A stretch of 63,971 nt of DNA, filler included, from Choristocarpus tenellus KU-1152 (taxonomy: Eukaryota > Protista > Phaeophyceae), in NCBI GenBank assembly GCA_964200185.2. It is 11 parts of 11 records of this genome, joined end to end, with 100 filler letters (N's around TTAATTAATTAA, not from the genome) between each part and the next. Parts side by side here need not be neighbours in the genome. Positions count along the whole stretch, not along the records: positions 47,265 to 51,441 come from CAXNAD020015836.1; positions 51,542 to 57,170 come from CAXNAD020010193.1; positions 57,271 to 61,250 come from CAXNAD020016815.1; positions 61,351 to 63,971 come from CAXNAD020026203.1; 7 more parts are not named here. The stretch is one strand, 5' to 3'. Shown here in pieces: positions 51,316 through 63,971 of the stretch. The notes under the pieces are model-generated. The model ran no database searches and was not told the DNA's origin. It saw only the letters and a list, made by a program, of their open reading frames with translations. Both the position numbers and the translations under genes were made by a program. Positions within the stretch are counted from its first letter, which is position 1. Every line of letters begins with the position of its first letter.

Positions 51316-53485
51316 CTGTTCCAACCAAAAGGCAGGCAAAAGACGCAACAGAGCAGCAAAACATGTCAAGAGGGTTGAGAAAATTCCTAGTGGAATAACA
51401 GAAGAGGACTTCCCTTACTCCCCCCTCCGTACAACCCCCCCNNNNNNNNNNNNNNNNNNNNNNNNNNNNNNNNNNNNNNNNNNNNTTAATTAATTAANNN
51501 NNNNNNNNNNNNNNNNNNNNNNNNNNNNNNNNNNNNNNNNNCCCTCCCCCCCACCCCCAGATACGTTGGGTCAGAGTGAAGAATTTATTGGCTGGGAAAA
51601 TGTATAGAAGACGAAAACTGTGGACACAAATGCACACAAAAGTCATCAGATCAAGACAAGACTGTAACAAAATTAAGAGCATGATGCGCTGGGACTATGA
51701 TATCAAACGTGTCTAGTCCAACCAACGTAAGAATACAAAGAACAAGGATAAAAAATGTAAAAAAATGTCAGCAACTACAAGGGTTTTGTGGGGGGAGGTG
51801 AGATGAATCAGAAGATTCAGCTCTGATGACTCAACTCTGAAGACTCAGCAGCAGTTGATGAAACAAACGTGCCTCCCATATATGGAAGCAATAGATCCTT
51901 AGAACTGCTCTTATCGGCAAAACATAAAATTAGTTATTTACAATCTGGTGATATTAGTAGTATAAACATTTTCCAAAACATTAAAAAAGACAGTACTTCA
52001 TGGTACCGTTTTTTCTTTTTGATGGGAACGTCAGCAGCGTCCTCGACAATAGCACACGGAGGGCCAAGAACAGTTGTTTTTTTCTTCCCCTATGCCACAT
52101 CCTTAGGAAGGTGTAGAGCACCATCCCTTGGAATCATTCTCGTGTCATCCCGCAAGGTAAAATTAAGGTCAAGCCTGTTACTTTTGTCCACCTTAACTGC
52201 CATTAGGATGAGAAATCGTACACTATCCACAGAGGAAGGTACACCGAAGTCTGTTCAAAGTGACCAGGATGTAACTGGTGCTGCTGTGTATCTCTATCAT
52301 GTCAAACCCCATGCTTGGCCACCCCCGAGGGTAGTCTTGAGCGCCATACCTTGGAGAGCTCTCCCAGCAATCAGGGTCTACTTTTCTGCTGGCCTCAATG
52401 AGGTTTGTGAGCTCAGGCAACACAACCAACACCTGTGTCACAACGTCCTGAGTTGCTTCAGCGCCTTGCACCTGTCACATCCTGCCACATAGGAGTCAAT
52501 TAGAGATACTAGACACACCCCCAAATCACACAATACCATTGTACCTCCAATCCCCCTTTCCCCACCCTTGTACCCCCATCTAGCCCCAGCGCCTTCACAA
52601 CAAGGAGTATTAAAATGTAATAATTATGTAACATAAAAAAAAAACATGATGCACTACAACCTTCTTGCACCTGAAGAATTTGTCACATTTGCAAATGGAG
52701 TATTTTCTTATTCGGATTCATTATTTTATGTTTAACATATTAAATGTAGGGATGTTGCCAATAGTGTGGATCACATTCTATGACCCAATCCTCACCTGCT
52801 CCATCCCCTAAAGATCCCTTGGTGAAGGAAAGGCAGGAGGGTCAAGTTTGTACTACCCATGCAACCAAGAACGCTTTTGCTCTAATCTTCTCAACGATCG
52901 CAACCATCACAGAACCTGCAACCACAGGCCCACAACAATGGCCACCCGCACCCACACTGAGAAACCAGCAGGACACGTCAATCTTGCAAAAGAGCCTGAT
53001 TTCCTCACAGCCCATCCCTGTACCCCTTTTCTTCACGGGTGATAGGTGCGTTGGTGAGTGGAAGAGATTGCTCAGGGCCTCTAGACCGACTCCTCAATGC
53101 TTTTCTCAAGCCCACCAAACCAACCAACCTTTCTGGATAGGTTCCTTTCCCAACACCAAGGGCCCCCCTACTTGACAACAACACCTTGACCCGCCTTTCC
53201 TCGCTTGCTCAACAAGGTCTTACTCACCTGGGCACGGGATTACTTTGTCTCATGGCAACACTACACCAATTCAACCCACCTCTTCCTCTCCAATATAACC
53301 AGTGCTTCCGCGCCCTTGCCTACATTCTCATTGAGATTTCTAGCACACCACAATACTCCACATCTATACAACGAGGGGATTATCGTTTTCTTACAGCAAC
53401 ACCCCATGAACTAGAAAGCTAAGTCACCACAAAGCCCACTCCTTTTCACACAACACTATTCCATCCCATACAACCCTATGGCACA

Positions 53486-53743
53486 GAGTGAAAGTATCTT
53501 AGAGGGTACGAGTTTTGCCCTTTTTATCCATTCGGGGCTTGGCTTCCCATGGGTTTCTTGCGACATTTTCCTACTCCAAAATATTTCGGAGTAGGTAAAC
53601 TGTATACGCCATGAAAAGGTGTGTCTGGAACAAGGATATTGACACCTCCTAACAAACACGATGGCCAAAATTACATCAAAATCGAAATATTGGATTTTGG
53701 CCCCCAAATGGACGCGACTCTACCCTTTAAGATACTTTTCCTC
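53486..53743. mobile_element. MITE with about 24-bp imperfect TIRs sharing the AAAGTATCT core of family A
   Basis: gagtgaaagtatcttagagggta and taccctttaagatacttttcctc. The same right end appears at 37815-37856. Confidence 0.7.
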
Positions 53744-54782
53744 AAAACATAGCCTACTCATCTGTTTGTTCCTTGACACGATACAGTTCTACCAGCCAAC
53801 ATTGACTGTTGATTGGTCTGTTACGCTTTGGACGTTACTATCACAAGTTCATCATCACCCCATCAATTACTATCAGACACACCGTAGTACAGAACAGTCG
53901 CTCTGTGTTCCACACGCAAGAATAGTAGACGTTACTTGAGTTGTATCACATATTGGTTCAAGTTTTCGGTTGTTCCCTTGTTTCTTTTATTCACTCTTTC
54001 TTCTTGTTATCAGCAGAAGATGACAGTTGTACGTTGATTGTTGATTGTTATTTCTTTCGTGGCTGCCATTGATCACTTCACAATGCACCAAGCTCATTCT
54101 GCAATAAGTGTACCAGCTGCACACATGGATGTAATGTAACCAGTGTTCAAACCATCCACAGAAACCCTTGCCAGCCAAGATAACAAGCCTCTCCACAGAG
54201 CACGGACTTCTTTCGTTGGGTATCTCATGAAAGAACTCTGAATTCACATCACATTATTCTGGATTGAGCAACCAAGAATAGTGAAGTCACATCGCATCAT
54301 TCTTGACGGAGAGATCAATGACCTCAGTTACAACAGAATAAATACATCAGTGCTTTGCAGCACAATCACATCTATCTATCATATAACATAGACTACGCAA
54401 ATTACTTATCATCGTTGCTTTGCAACACCATGATTCCTCATCGCTCGTAGTCTACGCATTTGCTTACATGTATGATGTGCATTCGATTCAGGTTTCAACA
54501 TAGGGGTGGTGTAAATGTGGTGCTTGCTGCACCACCACAGTTTTATCGAATTGGGCTCACCGAGGGCAACATGGGAAGCACATACAGCAAGGGCGTTGCT
54601 CTATTGTCGTTCGGGGACAAGTATGAAGTGCGTACGAGCACTGATACTCGATATAAAATAGGATTCTCTTATCACGATCCCTCGGTTTAAGAGAAAAGCG
54701 CTCTTATATACATAAGAGAGGATCGTGATATAAGAGAGGAAATTTCGCTTGTCCCTACCCTCTCTTATATTAGTACCCCCCC

Positions 54783-54930
54783 TATATTATACAATGTATC
54801 ATACATTGTATGTATAACTGTATTGTTTTATATGACTGACTTAACTTGAAGTACAACAATATTATACAATGTATTACATTATCGTATAACATTTTTGTTT
54901 GATATGACTGTTTGAGCTGGACTTGAAGTG
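54783..54930. repeat. Diverged tandem duplication of about 75 bp
   Basis: atattatacaatgtat...atatgactg...acttgaagt occurs twice. Confidence 0.6.
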
Positions 54931-57689
54931 TTATGGATTCTTGACTGCACTTGCACTGTTGATCTTTGATCCTACCAGAGCCCCACCTTTCATAATGGGT
55001 GTTCACTTCTCTTTTCTCAGTTGTCTTCACACCTTTATCCTATCTTCACAGACAGGAGAACCATTCAGAGTGTAATAACAGAGACACCAAGAATACCAAC
55101 TTTTCTTAATTCCTCTTCGAGACTCTCAAGAGGCAAGAGTCCGGACAATCGACGGTCTTTCCAACAGTATTGAGGGATGGTTACAGTTATATAGTAGTAA
55201 TGGAAGCAAATGTGTTGATCAAGGCCAAAAGGCAGGAAGTACAATAGCAATATGGTGACAAATATGTGACTGACGATTCGAATACCAAGCAGGCGGATGT
55301 TGTTTGTGTGCGAATGGAAGTGCCAGGAGTTATGTAGTTCAAAGGAGGCCAGTTTCTTGCGACATGAAAGAGGATAAGTTATTGCTGTGAAGGCTTCCAA
55401 TTGTGAAAACATGGCGATTGCCGGAAGGCATCAATTTCAAGTGAATGGGATCCATTTTCTTTTACAGGGGACGTGGGAGTGGTGTGGTCGCAACACTCAA
55501 CGTAATTGGTGCAGTGTTGCAGTGCATTATGAAAGTCGGCAGGTATCGACGAGTATGTGCTGGAAGCATTTGGTGAGTGTATTGACAGTAAATTTTTGAA
55601 CTTTGGACTCTTTAGACCGTGAAAGAATTATGCAGTAAGGTATGGTGTAGGATCAGAACTCGATAGCAATGTGTGACACTATACGCGTTTGTAAGGGTAA
55701 TTGCATCTTGATTGATAAAGGGTAGGAGAGGGGAGAGTAGTGTATGTGGTAGCCAGATTCAACGACAACACCAAGGAAGCATTTACGAACTAAATCCAAC
55801 TATGGGAGGAAAATTTTATCCTCGTGCGAGGGTTGACATGTTCAATTCTAGGACGTCTAGGTGTTGGTGGGGCTGAAGTGCTGGACAAACGTCGAAGAGA
55901 TGTTGAATTAAACATGATATGAAGGATTGTGGCGAATAAGAACACGGGAGATAGAGTTTGACGGAGTGTGGGTGTGAGTGTGTGCAAACAGGTGTTCCTG
56001 AAAATGCAATTTATGCAATGGTACTTCGGTGTGAATCTTGTTTAGGCGGGGATTGAATGAATACATGTTGTATCAAAATAAAAGGGTGTGTAATCTTGGT
56101 GCCAATGGTGGAAGGATTGTAGTATACAGCAAGGTCAACGAATAGATCTGGGTGGAGTGGTGCTACGCACACATGTTGTGGCCAGCATGATTTGTGTGTT
56201 CTATCGTGTTAACACAGCCTCTACTGTTATGGCAAATGCTGTATAGTAAAAATGATGACACACAGTTAAAGGTTTTTTGGGCTACACATGTTCTCCATGT
56301 GCGTAAAGGTGGACGAACAATAAGATTTATGGTGATGGGTGGGTTTGAGGTTGTGTGAAGTGAGGGATCATGTTCAGATGTTGGGGAGAGGGTGGATCGT
56401 TGTTTTGATTACAAGACGAGGGTGTAAGGCTTGACGAAGAAGGCCTAAGTGTGTGAGAGGAAGTCGTGGTGGGATGTAACGTTGTCTGGGTCTATTGGGG
56501 GTGTTTATGGTGCATCCAAATTAGACAAGAGAGAGAAAGCAAGAGGGATAGAGGGGTGTGGGGTGTGGTCAGCCGTTGCGTGGTGAGTGCTTGCATGTCC
56601 ACGCTGGACACAGAACATGTGCGGTGTCTACATTCATGACGAACCTCAAAGGCGCACCAATTTCAGACGGCAGTGCGGAAAGTGGAATATCTCATATCAC
56701 GCGTGTGTCAGGGTACAGGGTTGATGCGCTGTGGGGGCGGCCGAAGTAAACAGGCAGGTGGTCCAATGTCGACGGAGGGGAACTCTAGGACGGGGTATAT
56801 GTTGGTCAAGATGCGGTGTGGAAAGGTGTTTATGATGACCATGCTTTCAACAATGTTCCCACGAGGGAATAAACGACTGGTTTGAGAAAAACACATTGGA
56901 ACAACACGACCAAAAACAATTTACACCCTAAAGGGATGCTGCATGGTGAGGAATCAGCGAGGGTTGAGAGTGTGAGCTAGGACAAGTGAGAGGAAAAGGA
57001 TACAGGAGAGGGTCGTGAGCATTGGGTTACACACTTCAGGGGCACATGATCGCATGCACGTGTTGGTATAAGCTGTTAAACATAGGCTACTCATTTGTTT
57101 CTTGTTGATATGATACACATACTACCAGCTTGTACTGACTGTTGATTGGTGCACTGCACTGGTTGTTAGTNNNNNNNNNNNNNNNNNNNNNNNNNNNNNN
57201 NNNNNNNNNNNNNNTTAATTAATTAANNNNNNNNNNNNNNNNNNNNNNNNNNNNNNNNNNNNNNNNNNNNAACAATACGTTAATAAGAGAATAGCACCCC
57301 CCCATCACCGAGGGCTGTGCTCACTCCGCTAATAAACATATATCCATAACACACAAAGCAAAATACTCTACTTGAGTAGTTCTCTTTTGCATAGTGACTG
57401 CTTCCAGTCTATGGGCCACAGGTGAGGGTATACTCACGACGACTCCATAGTACCTAAGGGTTACTTTGCATATCTTTCCCAAGATAAGCCAAGTACTACC
57501 CAAGCGAGTGAGTCGCGTACGATGGTAGCCTTGACAGGCTCCCATTTGCATTACCTTGCCGCGATGCAGGACTTTGAGTTTCCGCCACTTATCTGCAAGC
57601 AGCCTGACCGATTCTGAAGTACCCAAGTTACCCTGACGGTGCGCCCTGGAGTCTTCAGCTCCAGGGAACTTAGCCACTGTAGCCATAGG

Positions 57690-60600
57690 AAGCATGACCG
57701 CCACACCAACCTCGACAATATCCACTATGTCAACTGCCCAACAAACTAACCAAGTATGGCTATCTGCACTGCTGTGGCACCCTCGCAAAGTCCGCTCGAG
57801 AATGCCTGTACAGATACTCCTTGACACATGTGCAGGAGGTGGGAACTACATATCGTCTGCTTTTTGGCTCAGTATTACTCTCTGGGGAGGTAGCACCAGC
57901 CTGCCACACCTTAACCAAACAGGAAAAGGTACGTTGAATGCGGCAAATCGGAAAGGATGCAGTATTCCACCTATGCAGGTACTAGGATCCTGCATACTGC
58001 CAATATTGTTTCCCCCAGAGGATAGAGTCCGCAATGTGATATTTTGAGTAGTGGAAGGCTTACCTTACGGGACGGTTCTAGGAGCAGCATTCGGTAGGCA
58101 GAACAAGAGTATATACTGTCATTTAGAGTTGGGGAAGGCTTTCGACCAGCTCCAAACTCACCATGGATATCTTTTTTCGAGCTGTGAAACCCCGATCTCG
58201 TGATAACAATGCACCCCTGTCAGCCCTAGGAGAGTGGCAAGCATCAATGACACCCACAACCCGACCATCTAAGTACCACAGACTGCCTCTTAATAACCTC
58301 AGGTCAGCTGGATGTAGAGAACCCCCCGCTGACGCACTCCCTGGATTCCCAAGATGCACTATTACTCCAACTGGTGAACATACACAACCAGAGAAGACGG
58401 TAACCTCTAATTTTGTCTGAATAGACAACACCGCATAATGCTGCTGAGGGTGTAATCGAATGCGTGGCGAAGGAGGGCAATGTCCCATGTGGCATCAACC
58501 TCCCGGCCCACGTCACAACACGATGGGCCTCGGACATCGGAGCGAACCTCCAGATCGGCGATCACAGGAGGTTCATGTGGAAGATCTATCCACACTGCAG
58601 CCGTGAGAAGGCTGAATCTATTTCGATAGGAGAGAGTGTGGCGGCCAGTAGGTCGCACGTGCCCAACATTCTTGACATAAGAATCATGCAAGTTTTTTTA
58701 TGTAGACTCAGAAGCAGGAACCTCAGATGCAGATCCAGAGGCAGGTATCGCAACAATAGATCTTACCCAGGACAAGGATCCTCTGACCCCATCACTGGAG
58801 AGCCCAGAAGTAGAACATGAAGAAGGATTTGTCAGCAAAGTCTGCAAAGGATTTGTTAAGGGAGCACAACAACAATCCAGACAGTTGGTGGTGATTGAAC
58901 CCTTATCAGAGTATAACCTGGAATTAGGAAATGCTGTCGGAGTTGTCAGAGGTGTACAATGGTGGGACCTAGGAACCCCCATTTATTGCAAGCTGGTAAA
59001 CACGTGCAGTAAGCCCAGTAGTGTCCAGGCAGGGCTGCGAGTTGCAAAGGCGATTGCTCTGAATACTCAGGATACAGAGAGGGTGGTTGCACTCTTTCAG
59101 TCACCAACCAAACACTCCTCAAAGATCCTCAAAGAGCACAGGTCCTGCATGCAACAACTAGTTCTCAGACGAGGCATCCCCCAGAAGCAGACGAGAGTGG
59201 TGACTACTCTGTAGCAGAGGAAGAAGACAACCCTTTAGATGAAGCCAAGGGGGTCCGTCCTCAATCGGCGAGCCTCAGCGATTCCAATATAGGACAGCTG
59301 ACACCAGGACAGAAGGAACAGTTGGTGGAATTGTTAGAGGAATTTAGAAATTTAGGGGCATTCCCTGTGATGATCCCAAACGAGTTCCCCCATGCTCTAG
59401 AGGAGCACTACACATACAACCATTAGACGAGAACTCTGTACACCCTTTGCAGCGAAACAAAGGAGCTTCTTTCCAGAATAAACGCGGATGATTCAGGCCG
59501 AGGTAAAGCAGTTGCAGGAACGCGATATCATTAGACCCTCCACCTCAGCGTGGGCAGCAGCAGTGGTAGCAGTACGTAAGAAAGATGGGACCCTGAGGTT
59601 GTGCACAGACTATAGGATGCTTAATGATCTCTCACGTAGTGATAGTGGAGGTCTTGGGAACATCGCCAGCATCTTTTATAAGCTTAAGGGTTATAGCTAT
59701 TTTACTGCCATAGACCTAGCGTCGCGATTCTTTCAACTAGAAATTGCAGAGGTAGGCAAAGATAAGGTAGCCTTCCGTGACACTCATGGACAACTTTGGG
59801 AATATAGCAGGTGTGGCTTTGGATTGAAAATCTTACCTGCAGTATTCTCTAGTTATATGAGAGAGACATTAGGAGATCCCAAAGAAAACGGTTGAGAAAG
59901 CTGGCTAGACGATCGTTTTTGCTATAGTTCTGTGCAAATTACCTTGGGAGGTAGTGCTACTTGTCAGTAGTAGTGAAGATAAGAAGGTGTGAAACCTCAC
60001 ACGACCCCTTTCGCAGAACGTGAAAAGAATGGATGGTTGAAATTCGAAGATTGACCTTTGTGGGGTGTCTTTTCATTGCTTGTTTATTATTATTTTTGCT
60101 TCCTCCAGAAGTCAACAATTAAATCAAAGTAGTTGAATTCAAATAAAAAACCTCTACATATTCCATTCATAATTCTGATGTACTTTCTTTCTCATTAGTT
60201 ATATCACACATGGACTCAATCAAAAATACTATCCCTCATCATACACAAAATAAGGTACACGTCACCGTTGTCCTATTTTGCACAAGTTCACCATTTGATG
60301 AGCACATGACCAAACTTCGCCTCCATCTGAACAGACTCAAGCAATACGGCCTGTCTGTGAACTTTCCCAAATCATTGTGGTGCCTGCCCCCACAAGAATT
60401 TGTAGGAATGAAGGTAGGTAGAGATGGCTTGAGCCCTGCTCCATCAAAAATGATAGCAGTAGCAAAACTTGATCCCCCATCTACAGTTGAGCAGTTACGG
60501 AGTTTCCTAGGCATGACAGGGTACATGCGACAGTTTGTGCCGAACTATGACCAAGTAGCTACACCACTGGCTGACATCCTCCGGAATAAAGGATATGCTT

Positions 60601-61250
60601 CCAAAAGAGACAGGGAGAAGAGTATTACTTGGGGAGAGGAGCAGAAGGCCTTTGAAGAACTTAAGGTGCGTTTGATTTCTCCACCAATCCTAGTCTTTCC
60701 TGACTGGGATAAGTTGTTCCTCCTCTATACAGATGCTAGTGAGGAAGGGGCTGGAGCAACCCTGACCCAGGTACAGGATGGTGACCAAGAGCATGTCATA
60801 GCATATGCTAGCCATAGATGGTCTAAAATCAGACAGTAGGAGAGCACCCACTGAAAGAGAATGCATGGCCATCTTGTGGGCTGTAGAACACTTCCGCTCC
60901 TACATTTGGGGTAGGAAATTCACCCTAGTCACTGACTGCTCAGCACTGACTTGGCTCTTCAAGAGTCATGAACTTAGCCCCAAACTCCACAGGTGGGCTC
61001 TCCGTCTTATGGGCCACGACATGGAACTGAAATGGCGAGCAGACTCGAAGCACCAACTACCGGATGGACTGTCACGACTCTCCTCACCAACAGCATCAGG
61101 TATGGATATCGTCGATTCCTTTCCTGACGATCCGTCAGTAGCTTGTAGCAAGAGCTACGCTGGACCACGAGGATCTGTCTTATATGGTGTATGTTTGCAG
61201 GATTTAGGTACATCAGACCTAAGCCTAGGTCACCCCACACTGTCCCCTTG
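57690..61250 (+). mobile_element. Degenerate Ty3/gypsy retrotransposon pol (protease, RT, RNase H), truncated at a linker
   Basis: ILLDTCAGG; IIRPSTSAWAAAVVAVRKKDGTLRLCTDYRMLN; AIDLASRFFQL; WLDD; LYTDAS, IAYAS, TERECMAILWAVEHF and LVTDCSAL. Contains stops and frameshifts. Confidence 0.93.
59931..60284. mobile_element. 354-bp TG..CA insertion with a 5-bp target duplication (solo LTR or Ginger-type non-autonomous element)
   Basis: Flanked by AGTTC at 59926-59930 and 60285-60289. Termini are tgtgcaaa and tttgcaca. Removing it restores WLDDRFCYSSPFDEH. Confidence 0.9.
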
Positions 61251-61350
61251 NNNNNNNNNNNNNNNNNNNNNNNNNNNNNNNNNNNNNNNNNNNNTTAATT
61301 AATTAANNNNNNNNNNNNNNNNNNNNNNNNNNNNNNNNNNNNNNNNNNNN

Positions 61351-61381
<31 letters not shown>

Positions 61382-62179
61382 AACCAGCAGGCAGGGAGGG
61401 CGAGCCGGGGGGGGGGGGGGGGGGGGGGGGGTTCAGCACAATATTCTAAGGAGAAGATGGAAAAAAAGAAGGCAAAGAACAATTATAAAAGACCTTGTAT
61501 CCTCTCTGCCTATTGTAATCACAGGACACGGAATACCGATATCGAGTAACTGTGCAGGACTAGAGTAAAGCGCCATGTTGCACAGCGAATCAGATCATTA
61601 AAAATCGACCAATAGACCACTTCTGTGGGAGTGGATGACTTTTTACGCCTTTGGCAGACCTAGAAAAGAAGAACTGTGCCTGTGCCTGTGCCTGTGCTTG
61701 GCTTGGGGGTGGTGTGGGTTGTGGTTCTTCTCTGTCTCTAGTTTGAGTGCTGCACCATTTCATGAAATTGACCAAAGGGGGGGGGGAAATAAGAGAAATT
61801 TGAGTGATGGCTAACTGTCACCTTCATCTCACATGCACTTGTTTTTTTGTGCAACAGTCACATAGTAATGTTCTACTTATCATGCCAGTATTACCCAGTG
61901 CGTCTTGGCATACAGTTCTTCTGAGAGGTTGAGGCTTTTATGGTAGATCCCTTCATCGCAAATACCACACATTTAGTAGTTACACCATCATACACTTGAA
62001 AGTCGTAACTTGTACTTGGTCATGTCAGCTGAAAAAAAGTTTTTTTTCATAACTTTTAGAATTTAACTGCATAGTAGCATGGAACTTGGAGCAGAGTCAC
62101 AACTCAGGCAACAGGACTTGTGAGCTGTGACTGTGTGACTCTGCACGGTTACCAAAATATTTGGGTAGTAGTGGAGCAC

Positions 62180-63120
62180 CTGAGGTCCTTCATGGGGATG
62201 GGGGTGTTCTTCGGTAGCAGCCACCCACACCCCAACCACAGCGCAGAAACCGAGCATGCCCGCGCTCATCTTCCTCCACTTTACCATCTCCCCTGAGGTT
62301 CATTTCATGAGTAGGTTGAAGGGGTGTTTGAGACGGCAAAGACAAGGAAAGTCGAGATCAGGGATCAGAATAGCTCATAACAGCATAGCATATTGGGGAC
62401 TCCAACGGTAGGTTTAACAGCATTCCACAACACGAAGGGTATGCAAATGCAATGGGATACACAAAGCGATACACCCCTGTACTATATACAATTCTGACTT
62501 GCTTCCTTCTTAAAAAGCGCCAGGACCTCATCCATACGTATGAGGCGCATGGGGGACTTTTGCTCTGTCTATCCAGCTCGAATTAAATCTCGAATATTTT
62601 TACTGTCTTTACAGGCAATGAATTCTTCGCCCATGTACCACTAGGTGCACACACTTGTGCGGCACTGCGATTTGTCAAGTCACGCAAACACAAGAGCAGT
62701 CGACGAAAGACGATATTGAAGGGCACCATAAATAAAATCCAAGTTCCAATCATCTATGCTCACCCAACCACATATTTCTGGGGTTTATCCACACTCACCA
62801 GCAGCGAGCTCAGAATCACCAGACATATTACGGCGCACCACAGCGGTCATACCAGCTGGGCGTCGTGTGACCATCTTAAGAGCGCCAGAGAGTAGGGATG
62901 CCTGTTGGGAAGAGTGTGAGACTCAAATCAATAGTGTAAACTCGAATGATGTATTCGAAATAACGACAAGTACCATTCATCTCTTCCCAAGACCACTCTC
63001 TCCCCGCCAAATTCCTCCTTGGCACCCCATTGCTATTCGATCTACTCCCTCATCGGATTCCCTGCCAGTGTGGTTATTTCCTCCGTGCAGTCATAGCAAG
63101 AGCAACCTCCCACTCACCAT
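62180..63120 (-). CDS. COX6A: Cytochrome c oxidase subunit 6A-like, 3'-truncated; exons 63120-63118 (ATG only), 62901-62799, 62292-62180
   Basis: M|ASLLSGALKMVTRRPAGMTAVVRRNMS (mitochondrial presequence), then GDSELAAGEMVKWRKMS, a single hydrophobic helix and EEHPHPHEGPQ. Phases are consistent. The diagnostic last exon was not found. Confidence 0.75.
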
Positions 63121-63533
63121 CGTTACCGGTGATTGTGTGATCGGTCTCCTCTCTGTACCAACTCCGTCCTCTACACTACTGCTACTAATACAACTGTTGT
63201 CTGAAAAATGGTGTCGCGCGTTCATCCATCGTACCACCTATAATTCGCGAGCATCACGCGTTAACGGATCAATAACAAACACCCCATCATTTTTGTGAAA
63301 ATCACAACACACATTTTGTGTCTTGTATAGATCAGTATATTCTGATAATTTATGTTGTACGAAAACAGTTCGTGTAGTATGATCCTACCTACTATCGCTT
63401 TCCGACTCGCAGTGTGATACGATTATCACTCAACTGCTCGCCCCTCTTCTATTACCTTCTCAATGCACTCCCACCAATAATTGTCATGGTACTTCTTCCT
63501 GTTTTTACCCAAATCTCCAGGTTCTTACAGTAG

Positions 63534-63971
63534 TAACAGTGGATTTTAAAAATTAAGGATGGTGCATACTATGGAGGATGGATTTTTCCCAAAATGGTGC
63601 GCGGAAAGTGCCCATATGTTTTTTTTCGTAAATAATGTTGCGGCACTTTTTAAGGGCCCTTTTTGAATGGGAATCCGTGCCGGATGTGGTAGTAGTACAG
63701 TGTGAGGGGGGCTGCAATGATTTCGTTTGATCGTCGTGCATATGTATGCCCTGCATTGACTTGCTTGCTTGAATAATTAGTGCGGTCGGTGGAATCGTTT
63801 GACTGTCGATGGTGGATGCCGTAGAAAAAAATACTACTTCGAAGTAGTTTCTTTTGGGGCGGCGTTTCATCGTCATTATAACAGTGGATCAAGATAATGG
63901 CGGATGGATCATTTCATGGAGGATGGATTTTTCACAAAATGGTGCGCGGAAAGTGCCCATATGGTTTTTTT
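63534..63971. repeat. Two direct copies, 345 bp apart, of the family B TIR
   Basis: taacagtggat...atggaggatggatttttc(c/a)caaaatggtgcgcggaaagtgcccatatg starts at 63534 and again at 63879. Confidence 0.8.

Noticed and set aside
55000-57170. Strand-biased region resembling a decayed non-LTR retroelement or Helitron
   Set aside because: Only vague motifs (LHPDLFV); no RT, Rep or helicase motif could be confirmed.
62756-63298. 180-aa plus-strand ORF
   Set aside because: Antisense shadow of COX6A exons 1-2; no recognisable domain.

Overview
Eukaryotic nuclear DNA, most likely a brown alga or close stramenopile relative. This is inferred from the protein families present, the intron style and the TTAGGG-like repeats. 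The window is 11 contigs joined by ten identical 100-nt linkers (N44-TTAATTAATTAA-N44), and genes cut at a linker do not resume across it, so adjacency across linkers should not be read as synteny. Genes were reconstructed by hand from splice sites and reading-frame phase. Complete: CEP19, a stand-alone CAP C-terminal (CARP) domain protein, tRNA-Ala(CGC), and a 103-aa two-exon microprotein carrying KEN-box, D-box, ABBA-like and C-terminal MR motifs (candidate APC/C inhibitor). Partial: a formin, DDX49/DBP8, an ERD2/KDEL-receptor-like gene, COX6A, and a metzincin protease fused to a GDPH/VWD-like domain. Two further multi-exon genes have no recognisable product. The rest is decayed mobile DNA: two DD39D-type mariners, an integrase-less Ty1/copia, Ty3/gypsy pol remnants (one with a clean TG..CA insertion), at least two MITE/TIR families and simple repeats.
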